Positions 24,059 to 32,986 of a stretch of DNA of 38,257 nucleotides are shown here, piece after piece (positions within the stretch are counted from its first letter, which is position 1; the number at the start of each line of letters is the position of its first letter). A program made the translations under genes and the position numbers. The notes under the pieces were generated by a model. It searched no databases. It saw only the letters and a program-made list of their open reading frames with translations, and was not told where the DNA came from. Source of the DNA: a virus; IMG/VR virus record IMGVR_UViG_3300016484_000799, positions 1 to 38,257 of that record. One strand, written 5' to 3'.

Positions 24059-25704
24059 TTTTAAATAATAATAATGATGATCGATATGCATTTGATGATT
24101 ACGAGAAGAACGCATCTAGTGTTCACGACATGGGATCTCTTTTTAAATCTATTGTTGACGGATCTTCTGAGATCGAGGCGAAAGTACTTGCTATTCATAA
24201 AGAGTCTGGAGAAATAAAATCAGTTCATTTAAAAAATGCTAAATCTTTTCTTAAAGAGGCTAAAAAAAATAGCTCTTTTTTGAATTTGGAAGAGGCATTT
24301 TCTTCAGTGGACTGGTTCGGTACAGACGCCGCTCCTATTCAAAGCACAGTCGGAAATGACTTTATTCCTTTATTAGGCGGGCCATTCAATAGACAACAAT
24401 ACTTAAACGATATGCTGAAAGGTCACCAGCAAGCTTTCTTCGCTTTGCACCATGATCCTGTGGTTCGCGCTTCTGTAGGTATTTTTAAAAACTTTGTTCT
24501 TGGGCGTGGATTTAGAGTTGATTGTAAGAACAAGGCTGCACTTGCTCTTTGGGAAGCATTTGAAAAAGTTAACGATATAAATAAACTAATTGAGTATGCG
24601 CTCATTGAGCTTGTTCTCTATGGAGAGGTCCTTTTGAGATGGCTCCCCAATAATCAATCTTCGATTGAATATAATTTGCCTCCTGAGCAAGTTTCTAAAA
24701 AGGTTCCGCTCCCAAGGATTAGGTTGGCAGATCCTTCAACTTGTTGGGAAATTATAACGATGCCGGAGGATATGGAAAGAAAACTTGCTTACGTTTTCGT
24801 GTTTCCAACTCAATACCAGATGTACACAACGGAACTTAATGGAAAGCCAGTACCATCGTCTAAATATATTTATGAACAGATACCAGCGGTTCAAATTGAT
24901 CATTTTAAACTTAATACTGTTTCGAATGAAAAGCGCGGGAGGGGAGAATTTTATCCGGTCATGGGCTACCTTAAAAGATTAAGAGACTCGGTTAATTATT
25001 CAATCATCGGAATGCAAAAATCGACTGCGTGGTCGATGGATACAACGATTCAGGGGAGTCAGCAGGACATCGATAATTATATAAATGATATGAACTTGCT
25101 TGGTACTGTCCCAGCCCCTGGCTCTGAGTTTGTTCATTCGGACAAAATTAAAAGAGAGTATCTTTCGAACGATGGCGCGAGTAAGGGCGCACAATCTCAA
25201 GCATTCGACTGGTGCTTTTCAATGAGCTGCATTGGTATAGGTATCCCACAGCAGTATTATGGAGGTCATCAGGGTGGTGCTGGTACTAGAGGGAATGCTA
25301 TTGTTGCGACTGAGCCAGTGGCTAAAAAGTTTGAGAGCTATCAATTATGCTTAGAAAGAATTCTTTTAAAAATTTCAAACAGGCTGTTTAGCTATTACGA
25401 AATGGACGCTCAGATAGAAGTAACTTTTCCAGATATTATCACACAAGACCGATCTCAAAAATTAAAAGACTTAGCTCTAGCAGAGTCACAACAGTGGATC
25501 TCTAAAGAGCGGGCGGCCAATATCGCAGCGAAAGAACTTTCTATAACTGACTATGATTATGTAGCAGAAAAAAATATCATGAATAATGCTGACCTCAGTG
25601 GGCAGGGTGTTGAAAATCCTTTGACTGCTGCTCCTGTAATAGACCCAAATCATAGCATTACTTCTGAGGACAGATCAGACTTAAGACAAACGAGAGGATT
25701 TTAA
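24040..25704 (+). CDS. Portal protein (putative)
   Basis: It is the only roughly 550-aa protein in the terminase/head block. The assignment rests on size and position, and no diagnostic motif was seen. Confidence 0.6.
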   Translation: MDKQSVILNNNNDDRYAFDDYEKNASSVHDMGSLFKSIVDGSSEIEAKVLAIHKESGEIKSVHLKNAKSFLKEAKKNSSFLNLEEAFSSVDWFGTDAAPIQSTVGNDFIPLLGGPFNRQQYLNDMLKGHQQAFFALHHDPVVRASVGIFKNFVLGRGFRVDCKNKAALALWEAFEKVNDINKLIEYALIELVLYGEVLLRWLPNNQSSIEYNLPPEQVSKKVPLPRIRLADPSTCWEIITMPEDMERKLAYVFVFPTQYQMYTTELNGKPVPSSKYIYEQIPAVQIDHFKLNTVSNEKRGRGEFYPVMGYLKRLRDSVNYSIIGMQKSTAWSMDTTIQGSQQDIDNYINDMNLLGTVPAPGSEFVHSDKIKREYLSNDGASKGAQSQAFDWCFSMSCIGIGIPQQYYGGHQGGAGTRGNAIVATEPVAKKFESYQLCLERILLKISNRLFSYYEMDAQIEVTFPDIITQDRSQKLKDLALAESQQWISKERAANIAAKELSITDYDYVAEKNIMNNADLSGQGVENPLTAAPVIDPNHSITSEDRSDLRQTRGF

Positions 25705-25707
25705 ATT

Positions 25708-26055
25708 ATGGATACATTTGAGGACTTAATAGAATCTCCAGAAAAATTCGGTGCACCTTCATTCGCGCAGTTTAAAAGAAATAAAGATTTCTGGATGGGA
25801 AGAGATGATGATGTGTTGACACAGGTCGATAAGGGGTCCAGACTTATTAATAAGGGCCTTAAAAAATATAGGTTTGAAATTGAAGGCTACCGATGCAAGA
25901 GCTTAGAAGAGTTAGAGAGCGTGATTCTGAACATGGGCTTAAGGTTGAAAGACATGGAATACAAGCCTGAATATGTTCCTCTTGGCGGTGGTGAGGCTGA
26001 GATCCTTGTAAGATTTGTTTCAAAGGACGAAAGGAGTCGTCGTGAAAAATATTGA
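25708..26055 (+). CDS. Hypothetical head-module protein, 115 aa
   Basis: ATG ORF between the portal and protease/scaffold genes. Confidence 0.55.
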   Translation: MDTFEDLIESPEKFGAPSFAQFKRNKDFWMGRDDDVLTQVDKGSRLINKGLKKYRFEIEGYRCKSLEELESVILNMGLRLKDMEYKPEYVPLGGGEAEILVRFVSKDERSRREKY

Positions 26056-27667
26056 GCAAAGCATTGACGCTTTAAAGAAGCCCACGGACGGGCCGCTTTC
26101 TTATTTTATATCAAATGCAGAAAAATTAAAAAAGCCAAATGTAGAGAAGACGAGCGAAAATGCTCAGAAAATGGTGACTGACCTTCTTGTCAAAAATCCG
26201 AATATTAACGCACAAACTTTTTTAAATCTTCTTAAAAAAGAAGGAATTAATTTTGTAATTGATAAATCATTAATTGAAAAGCCACCAGGTGAGAATCAAA
26301 CTCAGGCTGATTCGGCAAGTTCTTTCCCACAGATGCTAAGGGATAAGGGTTCTCAATTTAAGCAATCAAATGTTGGAAATGTTGTTCAGCTAAAATTTTT
26401 AGAGACCGACGCAAAACCAGCAGATCCGTTGATTGGCTTCACAAGGTTTAAGACCATACTAATTCAAGAGGGTATTGGGAATATGAGAGACGCTTTTTAT
26501 TATACGAAAGAAGCTCTCAAGTCTGCAATGTCTGTGTTCGAAGGTAAGAAGATCTTTGCCGATCATCCTACAGATATTGAGGAGACAACTCGTCCGGAAC
26601 GATCCGTTCGCGATGTCCTTGGTCATTTCGAAAATGTTCAATACGTTGAAAATGAAGGCAGAGGCGCACTTGAGGCTGAAGTTGTAATCCCTCCAGATCC
26701 ACCTTTTCAATGGGCGCGATCACTTATGGGTCACGCAGTCGAGTATTCTAAAAAATACCCAGATAAGGATTTTATCGGATTAAGCATCAACGCAACTGGA
26801 GACGCTAACGAAGAGCCTATTGACAAGGTTATAGCTCAGGCACCTCAAGGATGTGTTCAAAAGTTAAATGAAGCAAAGGCTAAGGGTATAAGCTCAGTAA
26901 AACTTGTTTATATAATAGCCGATGCGGTCTCAACTGATTTAGTCACAGAGGCCGGAGCAGGTGGAAGGATTTTAGATATGTTAGAAAACAATAAAGGAGA
27001 AAAAAAAATGGAAGACATAGCGAAACATGACGATGAGATGCAAGACGTTGAGCTAATAAAAAAAATGCTTAAAAAATATTTAGGAGATGAGACGGATGCT
27101 ACAGTAGAGGAGTGCAATGTTGCCAAGGAAGCTCAAAAAGCCTTTGGAGAAATGGGCTATTCTGAAGAGGAGGCCGAGAAAGCAGCAGTTCACGCTTTAA
27201 AGCTTTCTAAGCACATGGCTTCTAAAAAAGAAAATGAAGAAGCAAAAAAAGAAAATGAAGAAGTAAAAAAAGTTGAGGAATCAAAAGAAGTAGAAGAGTC
27301 AGCAAGTCTTCCTATACAAAAAAAGGAGTCTGCAAAAGAAGTAGAACTTCAAAAAGAGATCCTTAAACTAAGAGGGCAGTTAGCTTCATTCACTGAGTCT
27401 GAAAAGAAATTGGAACTTGCTAAGTATTTAGATAAAAAATGCGCTGATTCTAAATTGCCATCATCTATTACAAAAGGAATTAAAGAATCAATAAAAAGTG
27501 CTAAAACAAAAGAAAGCGTTGATGAACTTTTTAATATCTTCATGGAAGGATACAAGTCACGCAAAGTAAGCTCAGACACAGACTTTAAATCAATTATATC
27601 GACTGAAAAGACCGATGTTGCGGCAGGCAGCAAAAAGTCAATTTCTTTTGGTGGGATTGAAATTTAA
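26042..27667 (+). CDS. Putative prohead protease (HK97/S78-like core) fused to a Glu/Lys-rich scaffolding domain
   Basis: AGGAG (26032..26036) lies 5 nt before GTG 26042, and the track offers an alternative ATG at 26015. The core KKIFADHP...VLGHFENV...ALEAEVVI...FIGLSINATGD parallels the S78 His and Ser blocks. The C-terminal half is charged and coiled-coil-like (KKENEEAKKENEEVKKVEESKEVEES). Confidence 0.5.
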   Translation: MKNIEQSIDALKKPTDGPLSYFISNAEKLKKPNVEKTSENAQKMVTDLLVKNPNINAQTFLNLLKKEGINFVIDKSLIEKPPGENQTQADSASSFPQMLRDKGSQFKQSNVGNVVQLKFLETDAKPADPLIGFTRFKTILIQEGIGNMRDAFYYTKEALKSAMSVFEGKKIFADHPTDIEETTRPERSVRDVLGHFENVQYVENEGRGALEAEVVIPPDPPFQWARSLMGHAVEYSKKYPDKDFIGLSINATGDANEEPIDKVIAQAPQGCVQKLNEAKAKGISSVKLVYIIADAVSTDLVTEAGAGGRILDMLENNKGEKKMEDIAKHDDEMQDVELIKKMLKKYLGDETDATVEECNVAKEAQKAFGEMGYSEEEAEKAAVHALKLSKHMASKKENEEAKKENEEVKKVEESKEVEESASLPIQKKESAKEVELQKEILKLRGQLASFTESEKKLELAKYLDKKCADSKLPSSITKGIKESIKSAKTKESVDELFNIFMEGYKSRKVSSDTDFKSIISTEKTDVAAGSKKSISFGGIEI

Positions 27668-27692
27668 TTAACATAAAAAAGGAGAATTAAAA

Positions 27693-28172
27693 ATGAAAGG
27701 TAATAATATTGTAAGAAGCGTGAATCCTTATTCACTTTTCGAAGATGTGCAAAATTTGATTAACTCTACAACTACAATTACACAAGGCGAACTTGTTTAT
27801 TTAGATACAGTTAATCATTTAATTAAACCAGTAGCCGCAGAGGCAAACTCAGCAACTTTCTTAGGAGCAATGCCTGTTAGCGTTGTTAATGGAAAGATTC
27901 AATCACCATACAACACAAATGTTGTAGCGTCACAGGCTATTCAAGCAATTCCTGGCCCTAAACTCGGCGTTGTTTGTAAGTTAACAGCTAAGACAGGCGA
28001 TGCATTTGTTCCAGGCCAAAAAGTTGCGCTAGATCCTGCAACTGGTACGGACGCGGTAGGAACAATTATAACAACTGCTTCTGTGGGCCTTTATCAAGGA
28101 CCTGCGATCGCGGCTGCTGTGGCTGGGCAACAAATCGAAGTTCTTTTAACTTCTGCTTATGCACAACTTTAA
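27693..28172 (+). CDS. Head decoration protein (DUF2190-like)
   Basis: A strong SD is present. It is a small Gly/Ala/Val-rich beta protein (QGELVYLD...FLGAMPVSV...GDAFVPGQKVALD) sitting immediately upstream of the major capsid gene. Confidence 0.6.
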   Translation: MKGNNIVRSVNPYSLFEDVQNLINSTTTITQGELVYLDTVNHLIKPVAAEANSATFLGAMPVSVVNGKIQSPYNTNVVASQAIQAIPGPKLGVVCKLTAKTGDAFVPGQKVALDPATGTDAVGTIITTASVGLYQGPAIAAAVAGQQIEVLLTSAYAQL

Positions 28173-28191
28173 CTAAAGAAAGGATTTTAAG

Positions 28192-29355
28192 ATGATGACT
28201 TTAAGAGAAAGAAATAAAAAAGTAATTGAAAAACACTTGATAGAGAATAAGGAAATTAAAGAACTACGCAATAAACTAACGGCTCGATTCGGAGTTGATC
28301 CAGTGACTGATGCAGCTCAATTTCCGTTTGCTGAGGGAAATGTTAGCTTAAAGAAATTGTATGCAAAACTTGAAGAGGCTGACAGCGCTTCATACTTTCC
28401 TCAATTTTTAAGAGCTGGCTTGAATCAAATCGTAATTGGAATGTATAAAACAGTCCCAGTTTCTTACGCTGACTGGTGTACTGTAGTTTCTACGGACAAG
28501 GATACTGAAATCTTTGCGCCTAATCAGGGCGTTGCTTTTCCATCTGAAATTGGAAGAGGCGAGAAATATCCAGAAGTGGGAATTGCAGCTCTAGATTTAG
28601 AGTTAAAGATGAAAAAGTTTGGATCTATGCATGGTATTGAAGTTGAATTTGCAAACGACGATAAGTCTGGGACTTTGCTAACTCAAGCTTCTACTATGGG
28701 TGAGTATCTTGCTCTATTGAAGGAAGTTTACGTTATGGCAAAACTTAACTCAGTGAGTGGACAAAACTATTTAGGCAAAGTGTATCCAACAAGCGAGACG
28801 AAGCCAACGACTGAAGCAAGTTACCCTTGGTCAACTGCTCTTGTTGGTGGTGGTGCTAATAGACCTGCTGCGTTTGGTGCTTTAAATCAAGGAAACATTC
28901 AAGCTGGAGTTATCGCATTAATGGCGCAGAAAAACTTGCAGGGAATTCCTCTAATGGTACAACCAAAGAGGCTTTTGATTAGCCCGCACTATAAATTTGA
29001 TTCAGCAGTTTTGTTGAATTCAAGTTTTTATCCATCAGGTGCAGCAGCGGCGGGTGCTGTAGGTGGAATGGCAGCGATCAATCCTATGCAGGGAATCCTT
29101 GACGTTACGACTTCAAGATTTATGTTTGATCACAACGGTGTTATCACTGGAGATTCTAAAGCATGGTATATCGTTGACGATAGCAAACCATGGTTTATTA
29201 TGTGTGAGAGAACTCCAGTTTCTGTAGAGCAGGAACAGCCAAATTCTGGAGATCATTTTTCTAGAGACATCTTAAGATTTAAGGCATCTACACGTTTCAA
29301 CGCAGACGCATTAGATCCAAGATTTGCATGGAAAGGTTCAGACGGTTCAATCTAG
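28192..29355 (+). CDS. Major capsid protein
   Basis: A 387-aa protein placed after the scaffold and decoration genes. It is followed by the strongest intrinsic terminator in the genome. The assignment is based on size and position. Confidence 0.75.
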   Translation: MMTLRERNKKVIEKHLIENKEIKELRNKLTARFGVDPVTDAAQFPFAEGNVSLKKLYAKLEEADSASYFPQFLRAGLNQIVIGMYKTVPVSYADWCTVVSTDKDTEIFAPNQGVAFPSEIGRGEKYPEVGIAALDLELKMKKFGSMHGIEVEFANDDKSGTLLTQASTMGEYLALLKEVYVMAKLNSVSGQNYLGKVYPTSETKPTTEASYPWSTALVGGGANRPAAFGALNQGNIQAGVIALMAQKNLQGIPLMVQPKRLLISPHYKFDSAVLLNSSFYPSGAAAAGAVGGMAAINPMQGILDVTTSRFMFDHNGVITGDSKAWYIVDDSKPWFIMCERTPVSVEQEQPNSGDHFSRDILRFKASTRFNADALDPRFAWKGSDGSI

Positions 29356-29378
29356 TTTTTTAAATTAGTAAAACCGTA

Positions 29379-29405
29379 GGGGGGAAATTTCTCCCCCCTT
29401 TTTTT
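29379..29405 (+). terminator. Rho-independent terminator downstream of the capsid gene
   Basis: The stem ggggggA/Tcccccc (29379..29385 with 29392..29398) encloses a 6-nt loop and is followed by a T7 run (29399..29405). Confidence 0.85.
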
Positions 29406-29412
29406 AAATGAG

Positions 29413-29817
29413 GTGTATATGAGTGTTAGAGATCGAAGAGTGAAAAAAACAACTGCTGTTATTATTCATGGCGAAGTAGACACCGAAACAATTGTAGAAT
29501 CAAAAGCACCTATTAAAAAGACTCCTCGTTTGAAGACGGCATCACTTTCTGATTTTGCAGCGAACGATTATTTTTTTTATATTGGACATAAAGTTGACCA
29601 ATTAAAATCCGTTTTTCCTAACGATTTTGAAATGTACCACGTCGATAAGTTCTACCCTAATGCCGATGGCGGCCCTTTGTTTATCGACGAAGAACGATAT
29701 AATTACGAATCAAGAAAGCTTGAACTAAAAGAAAAAGAAATGAAGAAGGCAGGACTTAGATATTTAATTATAAAAAAAGGAATGACCGAGCAGGATATTC
29801 TTGAGGTGGTGTTATGA
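29413..29817 (+). CDS. Hypothetical protein, about 132-134 aa (start GTG 29413 or ATG 29419)
   Basis: ORF directly after the terminator, with GAGGTG upstream. No motifs recognised. Confidence 0.5.
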   Translation: MYMSVRDRRVKKTTAVIIHGEVDTETIVESKAPIKKTPRLKTASLSDFAANDYFFYIGHKVDQLKSVFPNDFEMYHVDKFYPNADGGPLFIDEERYNYESRKLELKEKEMKKAGLRYLIIKKGMTEQDILEVVL

Positions 29818-30467
29818 CATGGGCACAGCCTATTATTGATTTAAGAAATAAGTTGTCTGATGGGGACACGGACAAATTTTTTTATAGAAAAAAATGTTTC
29901 GGCCAAGTTGATGGTTCGAATACGAATTTTAAAACTTTTGAATTTAGACGAATCACAAACTTTGTGGGTGTTGCGTCTCCTCTGGGTGTATATGTCAACG
30001 GAGTTAATGTATCCGTGACCTCTGACAATATTCAAACGGGTGATTTTACGCTAGCAGTAGCGCCAGCGCAAAGAACAAGTGTTGAGGCTTCTTACTATGC
30101 TCAATGGTTTTTAGACTCAGAGCTTGTTATTTTTTTAAGGGCTGCCTCTAATTGGTTGGCTCAAGGTGATACATATTCTAATATTGCTGGAGGACTTATC
30201 CCAGCGGCTCTGAGCTATGCTCAGGCTGAGGCTTACGAGAAGCTTGCATTGAGGTGGGCAAATCACTTAAGCGAATCCTTTCTTTTGAATGATGCACCAA
30301 AGGAAGGAACAAAGACCCCCGCTGACCAATATCAAAAATTTGCGAAGCAATGTCGTGATGATGCATATAAATCAAGAGATGATTACTATTCAAGGAGCGG
30401 GCAATCTAATCAACCGCTTTACGGTGTTGCAGGTGGAACGCCTATTGATCCAATGCCGATGAGGTAA
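29814..30467 (+). CDS. Putative head-tail connector/adaptor protein, 217 aa
   Basis: It lies between the capsid and tail genes with a coupled start (ATGA). The assignment is by position only. Confidence 0.45.
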   Translation: MTWAQPIIDLRNKLSDGDTDKFFYRKKCFGQVDGSNTNFKTFEFRRITNFVGVASPLGVYVNGVNVSVTSDNIQTGDFTLAVAPAQRTSVEASYYAQWFLDSELVIFLRAASNWLAQGDTYSNIAGGLIPAALSYAQAEAYEKLALRWANHLSESFLLNDAPKEGTKTPADQYQKFAKQCRDDAYKSRDDYYSRSGQSNQPLYGVAGGTPIDPMPMR

Positions 30468-30469
30468 TT

Positions 30470-30919
30470 ATGGCAAGAGCCACATGGACAAAAGTAAAGA
30501 ATGATGTGGACACTCGATTAAAAGAGATGGTCCAGCGTGGGAGATCGTCAAGAGCGTATATTGCGCGCGTGATATTTCCACGTTATCAAGAATACCAGTT
30601 GTTGAGATGGCAGTCTGAGGATCAATTTAGTTGGCACCCACTCAACGAGCGTTATCGTTTATACAAACTTAGAAAGTATTATAACTATATGGGCAGAGGA
30701 TCTAAAATGATGATTGCTACAGGGGAACTTTTGCAGTCTGTTCTCGTAAAGCCTGGGCATAAGGGTAGAGTCCTTTTTCAGGAAAGATCAATGGAGATCT
30801 CTATTGACTTGCCTTACGCAAAATTTGCAAATGAGAAAAGAAATTTTACTAAATTCTCTCCTCTATTTATTGGACAACTCAAACAAGATCTAGCAACATA
30901 CTTAAGAGGTTCTAAGTGA
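30470..30919 (+). CDS. Putative head-tail joining protein, 149 aa
   Basis: Assigned by position only. Confidence 0.45.
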   Translation: MARATWTKVKNDVDTRLKEMVQRGRSSRAYIARVIFPRYQEYQLLRWQSEDQFSWHPLNERYRLYKLRKYYNYMGRGSKMMIATGELLQSVLVKPGHKGRVLFQERSMEISIDLPYAKFANEKRNFTKFSPLFIGQLKQDLATYLRGSK

Positions 30920-31413
30920 GAAATATAGCTGAGTTTTGTTCTGAAGAAATTATTAAACTAATACAATCATCAATTGGTCAAAGTCTTGATGTATTATCAA
31001 TCGATAGACCAGATGGCTTAGTTACTTTGGAAAACCCTAGCTTGGATTCTTATTTTAACTATGAACATGCCATAGGATATAGAACGCCATCTGTTTTTGT
31101 CGTCCCAACAAATATTGATTTTCAATTAGTGAAAGGCGCTAACCATATCAATGCTAAAGTAAATATCTTTGTGTCTTTGATTTTGGAAGATAAAAACCAA
31201 GCGTTGTTGCAAATAAAATGTTTTCGATATGCAGACGCGGTTACTCGAATTCTTTCGAACGCAAGGCTTGATGGATCTCAACAATCAGCTATCATAAAAG
31301 TTACAAGGATTTCTTTTTCTGGATCTCAGCCAAATAAAGGCACCATTGATTCAGAATTTAGAAAAGAAGCAATGATTGAACTTGAATTAGATCACTATGA
31401 TTTAACAAAATAA
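30916..31413 (+). CDS. Putative tail completion/terminator protein, 165 aa
   Basis: Assigned by its position immediately upstream of the major tail gene. The start is coupled (GTGA). Confidence 0.45.
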   Translation: MRNIAEFCSEEIIKLIQSSIGQSLDVLSIDRPDGLVTLENPSLDSYFNYEHAIGYRTPSVFVVPTNIDFQLVKGANHINAKVNIFVSLILEDKNQALLQIKCFRYADAVTRILSNARLDGSQQSAIIKVTRISFSGSQPNKGTIDSEFRKEAMIELELDHYDLTK

Positions 31414-31427
31414 AAAAAGGAGTTTTT

Positions 31428-32231
31428 ATGACAATAAGTTACGCGAACGTGAACGGATCTCAAATGGAGCTAACTCCTATGAGGGTTAGCTATAAGGCAC
31501 CAGGGGCTTCTACTTATGCAGATCTTGGCGGTACTCTCAGCAATGTGCTCGTAAAAATGGAGTACGGAAAAGCTAACATATATGCAGATCAACTTGGTAA
31601 GACGATCATAGATAGAAGAGTATCTAGCACTGTTTGTCAGGTTACGACTGAACTTTCTGAAATTAAAAATAAAGACTTATTTAAGATCGCTTTTCCTCAC
31701 GCGACTTTTGTTCAAAAGACGTTAACTGCTGGGACGGCTACTGCTGCGAATCCTTCAGTGTTTACTTTTACAGCTCATGGTTTGGCTAATGGTTCAAAAA
31801 TACAATTCACAGCAGGAACTTTACCAACTGGGTTTAGTTTAAACACTTCGTACTATGTAGTTGTTGCAGCCACAGACACTTTTGAACTATCATTGACTCA
31901 AGGAGGCTCTGCAATAGCTGGGACTGGCTCTGCTGGGACTGGACTTACTCTTGTGGCTCATGGCGAGTTTAACACTGCTTTTGATTTTCTTTCAGCGATA
32001 GGTGATGGAGACCTTGTTAATTCTGGATCATTATTATTACATCCTCTTTCAAAGGCGGACGCTGATCTCTCTGGTGATTACCTTTTTTACAAAGCTTGCT
32101 CGACAGCATCAAGCGAAGTGACATATGGTCCAGAGGGTCAAGCAAAAATAAAAGTGGTGTGGGAAGTCCTGCCAGATACATCGGTGACTCCTGCTAGGTT
32201 TTTCAGACATGGTGATCCAGCGGTGGTTTAA
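31428..32231 (+). CDS. Major tail protein with an inserted beta domain
   Basis: A strong SD (AAGGAG) is present. The gene lies directly upstream of the G/GT chaperone pair and the tape measure gene. The inserted segment FTFTAHGLANGSKIQFTAGTLPTGFSLNTSYYVVVAATDTFELSLTQGG is of a type seen in many phage tail proteins. Confidence 0.65.
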   Translation: MTISYANVNGSQMELTPMRVSYKAPGASTYADLGGTLSNVLVKMEYGKANIYADQLGKTIIDRRVSSTVCQVTTELSEIKNKDLFKIAFPHATFVQKTLTAGTATAANPSVFTFTAHGLANGSKIQFTAGTLPTGFSLNTSYYVVVAATDTFELSLTQGGSAIAGTGSAGTGLTLVAHGEFNTAFDFLSAIGDGDLVNSGSLLLHPLSKADADLSGDYLFYKACSTASSEVTYGPEGQAKIKVVWEVLPDTSVTPARFFRHGDPAVV

Positions 32232-32246
32232 TCTAAAGGAGTAATT

Positions 32247-32612
32247 ATGTTTGGTATTAGGCCAACAAGAAGCGAAAAAATGAAAATAGCAAACTTGGAC
32301 TCTATCATAACAGAGTCCGTAAGTTTTACCTTGCTTGGTCGAGACCACACAATAAAACCAGTCACGCTTGAGCAGTATTTATTAATTACTCAAGCGTGGG
32401 CTTCTTTAGAAGACTTGCGGAAGAGTGAAAAAATAAATGATGAGCAAATTTTAGATGCTTATTACAAATGCGTAAGCCCAGTCGTAAAGTCGCTACAAAG
32501 AGATGACTTTAATAAATTAAGTATTCAACAAATAGGCGCTCTATTGCAGTTAATAACAAAAACTGTGACAGGTGAGGCTTTTGGTGAAAAAAAAACTCTT
32601 CTTTTAAAGTAG
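32247..32612 (+). CDS. Tail assembly chaperone (G-like)
   Basis: It sits between the major tail and tape measure genes. It ends 6 codons after an A AAA AAA slippery heptamer. Confidence 0.75.
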   Translation: MFGIRPTRSEKMKIANLDSIITESVSFTLLGRDHTIKPVTLEQYLLITQAWASLEDLRKSEKINDEQILDAYYKCVSPVVKSLQRDDFNKLSIQQIGALLQLITKTVTGEAFGEKKTLLLK

Positions 32613-32986
32613 CGTCACAGAATTACGAGATCGATTGTGCTGATCTTGTCTCTGATTTTTGTTTAAACACTGGGTATAAACCTTGCTATGTGTTGACGAT
32701 GCCAGCGAAGAGATTTTTTGCGATGAGGGTTTCCATTGATAAAATCAAAAACATTAATGAGAATAAAAAACGATTAGATGATTTACTTGTTCAATCGCTC
32801 TCCGGAGTTTCTTCCAAGGAATCTTACGAAGAAATACATAATTATTTTAAAGAACGAACGATGGACGCAGATGATCTTAAAAAATATAGAGACAAGAAAA
32901 ACAGAGTGTTTAATGCAGATGATCCTGAGCAAAATAAATACGCTGCGAATGTCTTAATGAGCTTTTTTAAAGCAGGTGTAAAATGA
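32247..32986 (+). CDS. Tail assembly chaperone GT-like fusion made by -1 programmed frameshift at 32588..32594
   Basis: The -1 frame is open from 32588 through the track ORF 32690..32986, and there is no plausible SD or ATG for independent initiation. The predicted 246-aa fusion reads ...GEKK|NSSFKVASQNYEID.... Its stop overlaps the tape measure ATG (ATGA). Confidence 0.7.
32588..32594 (+). promoter_or_regulatory. -1 ribosomal frameshift slippery heptamer A_AAA_AAA, within an A9 run at 32587..32595
   Basis: The zero-frame phasing is GGT GAA AAA AAA ACT. The downstream ORF lies in the -1 frame. Confidence 0.7.

Noticed and set aside
22497-27633. Short antisense or alternative-frame ORFs within the terL, head morphogenesis, portal and scaffold genes (22497..22688, 23332..23559, 23645..23956, 24423..24605, 24785..24982, 25000..25200, 25859..26059, 26459..26710, 26908..27126, 27349..27633)
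   Set aside because: Each is nested inside a longer, better-supported plus-strand gene. None has an SD or a recognisable motif.
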